A stretch of DNA of 64,000 bases from Spirochaetales bacterium (GTDB lineage Bacteria > Spirochaetota > Spirochaetia > DSM-27196 > SLST01): the NCBI GenBank assembly GCA_007127335.1, contig SKZO01000156.1, positions 2,658-66,657 of the forward strand, given 5' to 3'. Below are positions 62,936 through 64,000 of the stretch, in pieces (within the stretch, counting starts at the first letter, position 1; each line of letters begins with the position of its first letter). Both the position numbers and the translations under genes were made by a program. The notes beneath the pieces are model-generated. The model did not search any database. It was not told the origin of the DNA and saw nothing but the letters and a program-made list of their open reading frames with translations.

Positions 62936-63893
62936 GCGGGGCGAGCGGGAGGTCCGCCTGAACGTCCCGGCCAACCTGCTCCTCCTTGGGGAGTATGCGG
63001 TACTCGAACCCGGAGGACTCGGGCTGGCCGTCGCGCCTGATGTCCTGACGACCGCAGTCTTCACTCCGGCACCGCAGGAGTACGGCGGGGCAGTGCGCGG
63101 CATCCTCGGCACCGGTACCGTCGTATGGCCCGGGGACAGGGGAATCCTCGGCCGGGTCGCCGACTCGCTTGCCCGGCTCTACGGCCGATTTGACGGTGAG
63201 ATCGTGGTCGACACCCGAGCGCTGTTCGATCCGCTCGGCCGCAAGCGTGGCCTCGGATCGAGCGCTGCGATGACGGTCGCGCTCACGGCGGCATGGGCGA
63301 CCGCCGCGGGCACGACCCCTGCGGAGGGAGAAGACCTCCTCCACCGTGCGGTCGAGATCCACCGGTTCGCACAGGGCGGCAAGGGAAGCGGGTATGACGT
63401 GGCCACGAGCGTGCTCGGCGGTCATGTCCTGTTCACCGGCGGGAGCACCCCGCAGGCGCGTCGGGTGGAGCTCCCCTGGCTGCCGCCAATGAGGCTCTTT
63501 CCCGGAGTCTCCGAGGTCGCAACACGATCCGCGGTGTCCGCGTACGGAGCATGGAAGCGCGAGTCACCGGGTGCGGCGCGGCGTTTTCTCTCCCGGTCGA
63601 ACGAGCTCGTGCGCGAGTTCGTGGAGGCAGGCAGCTGGGATGAGGCGTTCAGCACCTTCAATGCGCACCGGGCGCTCGGCATCGAGCTCGGCGACTCGAT
63701 CGGGATATCCGCTCGCATTGACCCGCCTGAGGCCGCGCAGCGCAGCGACGCGCCAGCGCCTGACACCGCGCCGGCGAGCCGGATCACGTGGAAGGCGGTG
63801 GGCGCGGGCAGCGAGCTCGGGGTGCTCCTTCCGGCGGATTGCCGGGACCCGCAGACGATGGCCGTCTCGGCGGAGGGAATCAGGTGGGAATAG
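62928..63893 (+). CDS. phosphomevalonate kinase (GHMP family)
   Basis: PANLLLLGEYAVLEPGGLGLAVA and KRGLGSSAAMTVALTAA. ATG 62928 overlaps the mvaD stop by 8 nt. Assignment as PMK rather than MK rests on the GEYAVLE-type N-terminus and on the MK-like gene that follows. Confidence 0.78.
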   Translation: MSERGEREVRLNVPANLLLLGEYAVLEPGGLGLAVAPDVLTTAVFTPAPQEYGGAVRGILGTGTVVWPGDRGILGRVADSLARLYGRFDGEIVVDTRALFDPLGRKRGLGSSAAMTVALTAAWATAAGTTPAEGEDLLHRAVEIHRFAQGGKGSGYDVATSVLGGHVLFTGGSTPQARRVELPWLPPMRLFPGVSEVATRSAVSAYGAWKRESPGAARRFLSRSNELVREFVEAGSWDEAFSTFNAHRALGIELGDSIGISARIDPPEAAQRSDAPAPDTAPASRITWKAVGAGSELGVLLPADCRDPQTMAVSAEGIRWE

Positions 63894-64000
63894 GGCGCGG
63901 GTACGGAAAACTGCTGCTGTTTGGTGAGCACGCGGCCGTGTACGGGCATCCCGCCGTGGGAATCCGGCTCGATGACTACCTTGAGGTCGAGGTCCGGGAA
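63884..64000 (+). CDS. mvk: mevalonate kinase, 5' fragment (runs out of the window)
   Basis: GTG 63884 overlaps the upstream TAG. The translation VGIGRGYGKLLLFGEHAAVYGHPAVGIRLDDYLEVEVRE carries the GK-h-h-L-F-GEH-A-V-V-Y-G mevalonate-kinase N-terminal motif. Open to base 64000. Confidence 0.7.
   Translation, partial: MGIGRGYGKLLLFGEHAAVYGHPAVGIRLDDYLEVEVRE

Noticed and set aside
1-64000. Search for rRNA, tRNA, CRISPR arrays, IS elements, integrases, prophage genes or long direct/inverted repeats.
   Set aside because: None was seen. The largest non-coding gaps are about 90-160 nt (3528-3683, 26945-27071, 40635-40773, 58161-58277) and show no cloverleaf-like or repeat-spacer structure. No transposase or recombinase motifs appear in any frame I read. 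The only tandem repeat found is the 3 x 18 nt unit inside parE.

Overview
GC-rich, very gene-dense chromosomal segment with strong GC3 bias in the real frames, which also produces many long antisense shadow ORFs. I support about 55 protein-coding genes. I found no rRNA or tRNA genes, CRISPR arrays, transposases or integrases; intergenic gaps are all under about 160 nt.

Gene content in order:
- Start of window: an amino-sugar-type pair (LmbE-like fragment, ROK regulator), a GAF/HD-GYP phosphodiesterase, and prfC.
- Two tandem divergent class III cyclase-like paralogs, then parC-parE.
- A coiled-coil lipoprotein plus an M23 peptidase, then serS and mcsA-mcsB-clpC.
- lolC-lolD-lolE, a YD-repeat-like protein, ftsY, a PEGA protein, a CheY-like receiver, and prfB with its +1 frameshift.
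- A GH57 enzyme and an rnfC-D-E-A cluster. No rnfG or rnfB is visible, and two membrane proteins are translationally coupled upstream.
- An RluA-family synthase, a P-loop/Asp23 fusion, and a poly(A)/CCA nucleotidyltransferase.
- A 7-gene MoxR/DUF58/VWA (Bat-like) cluster, then a protein with a C-terminal J domain.
- dusA, htrA, an OmpR-type two-component system, mnmA, and a complete mevalonate-pathway operon (mvaS-fni-mvaA-mvaD-pmk-mvk).

The combination of short ParC/ParE, LolCDE, a Bat-like cluster, the mevalonate pathway with IDI-2, GH57 and Rnf looks Spirochaetota-like to me. That is inference only.

The most unusual loci:
1. The MoxR/VWA cluster with three uncharacterised leading genes (40.8-51.4 kb).
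2. The reduced Rnf cluster with its coupled unknown membrane protein (30.5-36.2 kb).
3. The tandem cyclase-like pair (5.4-7.3 kb).
4. The HprK-like P-loop/Asp23 fusion (37.3-38.2 kb).

All domain calls rest on motif recognition in the supplied translations, not on database searches.
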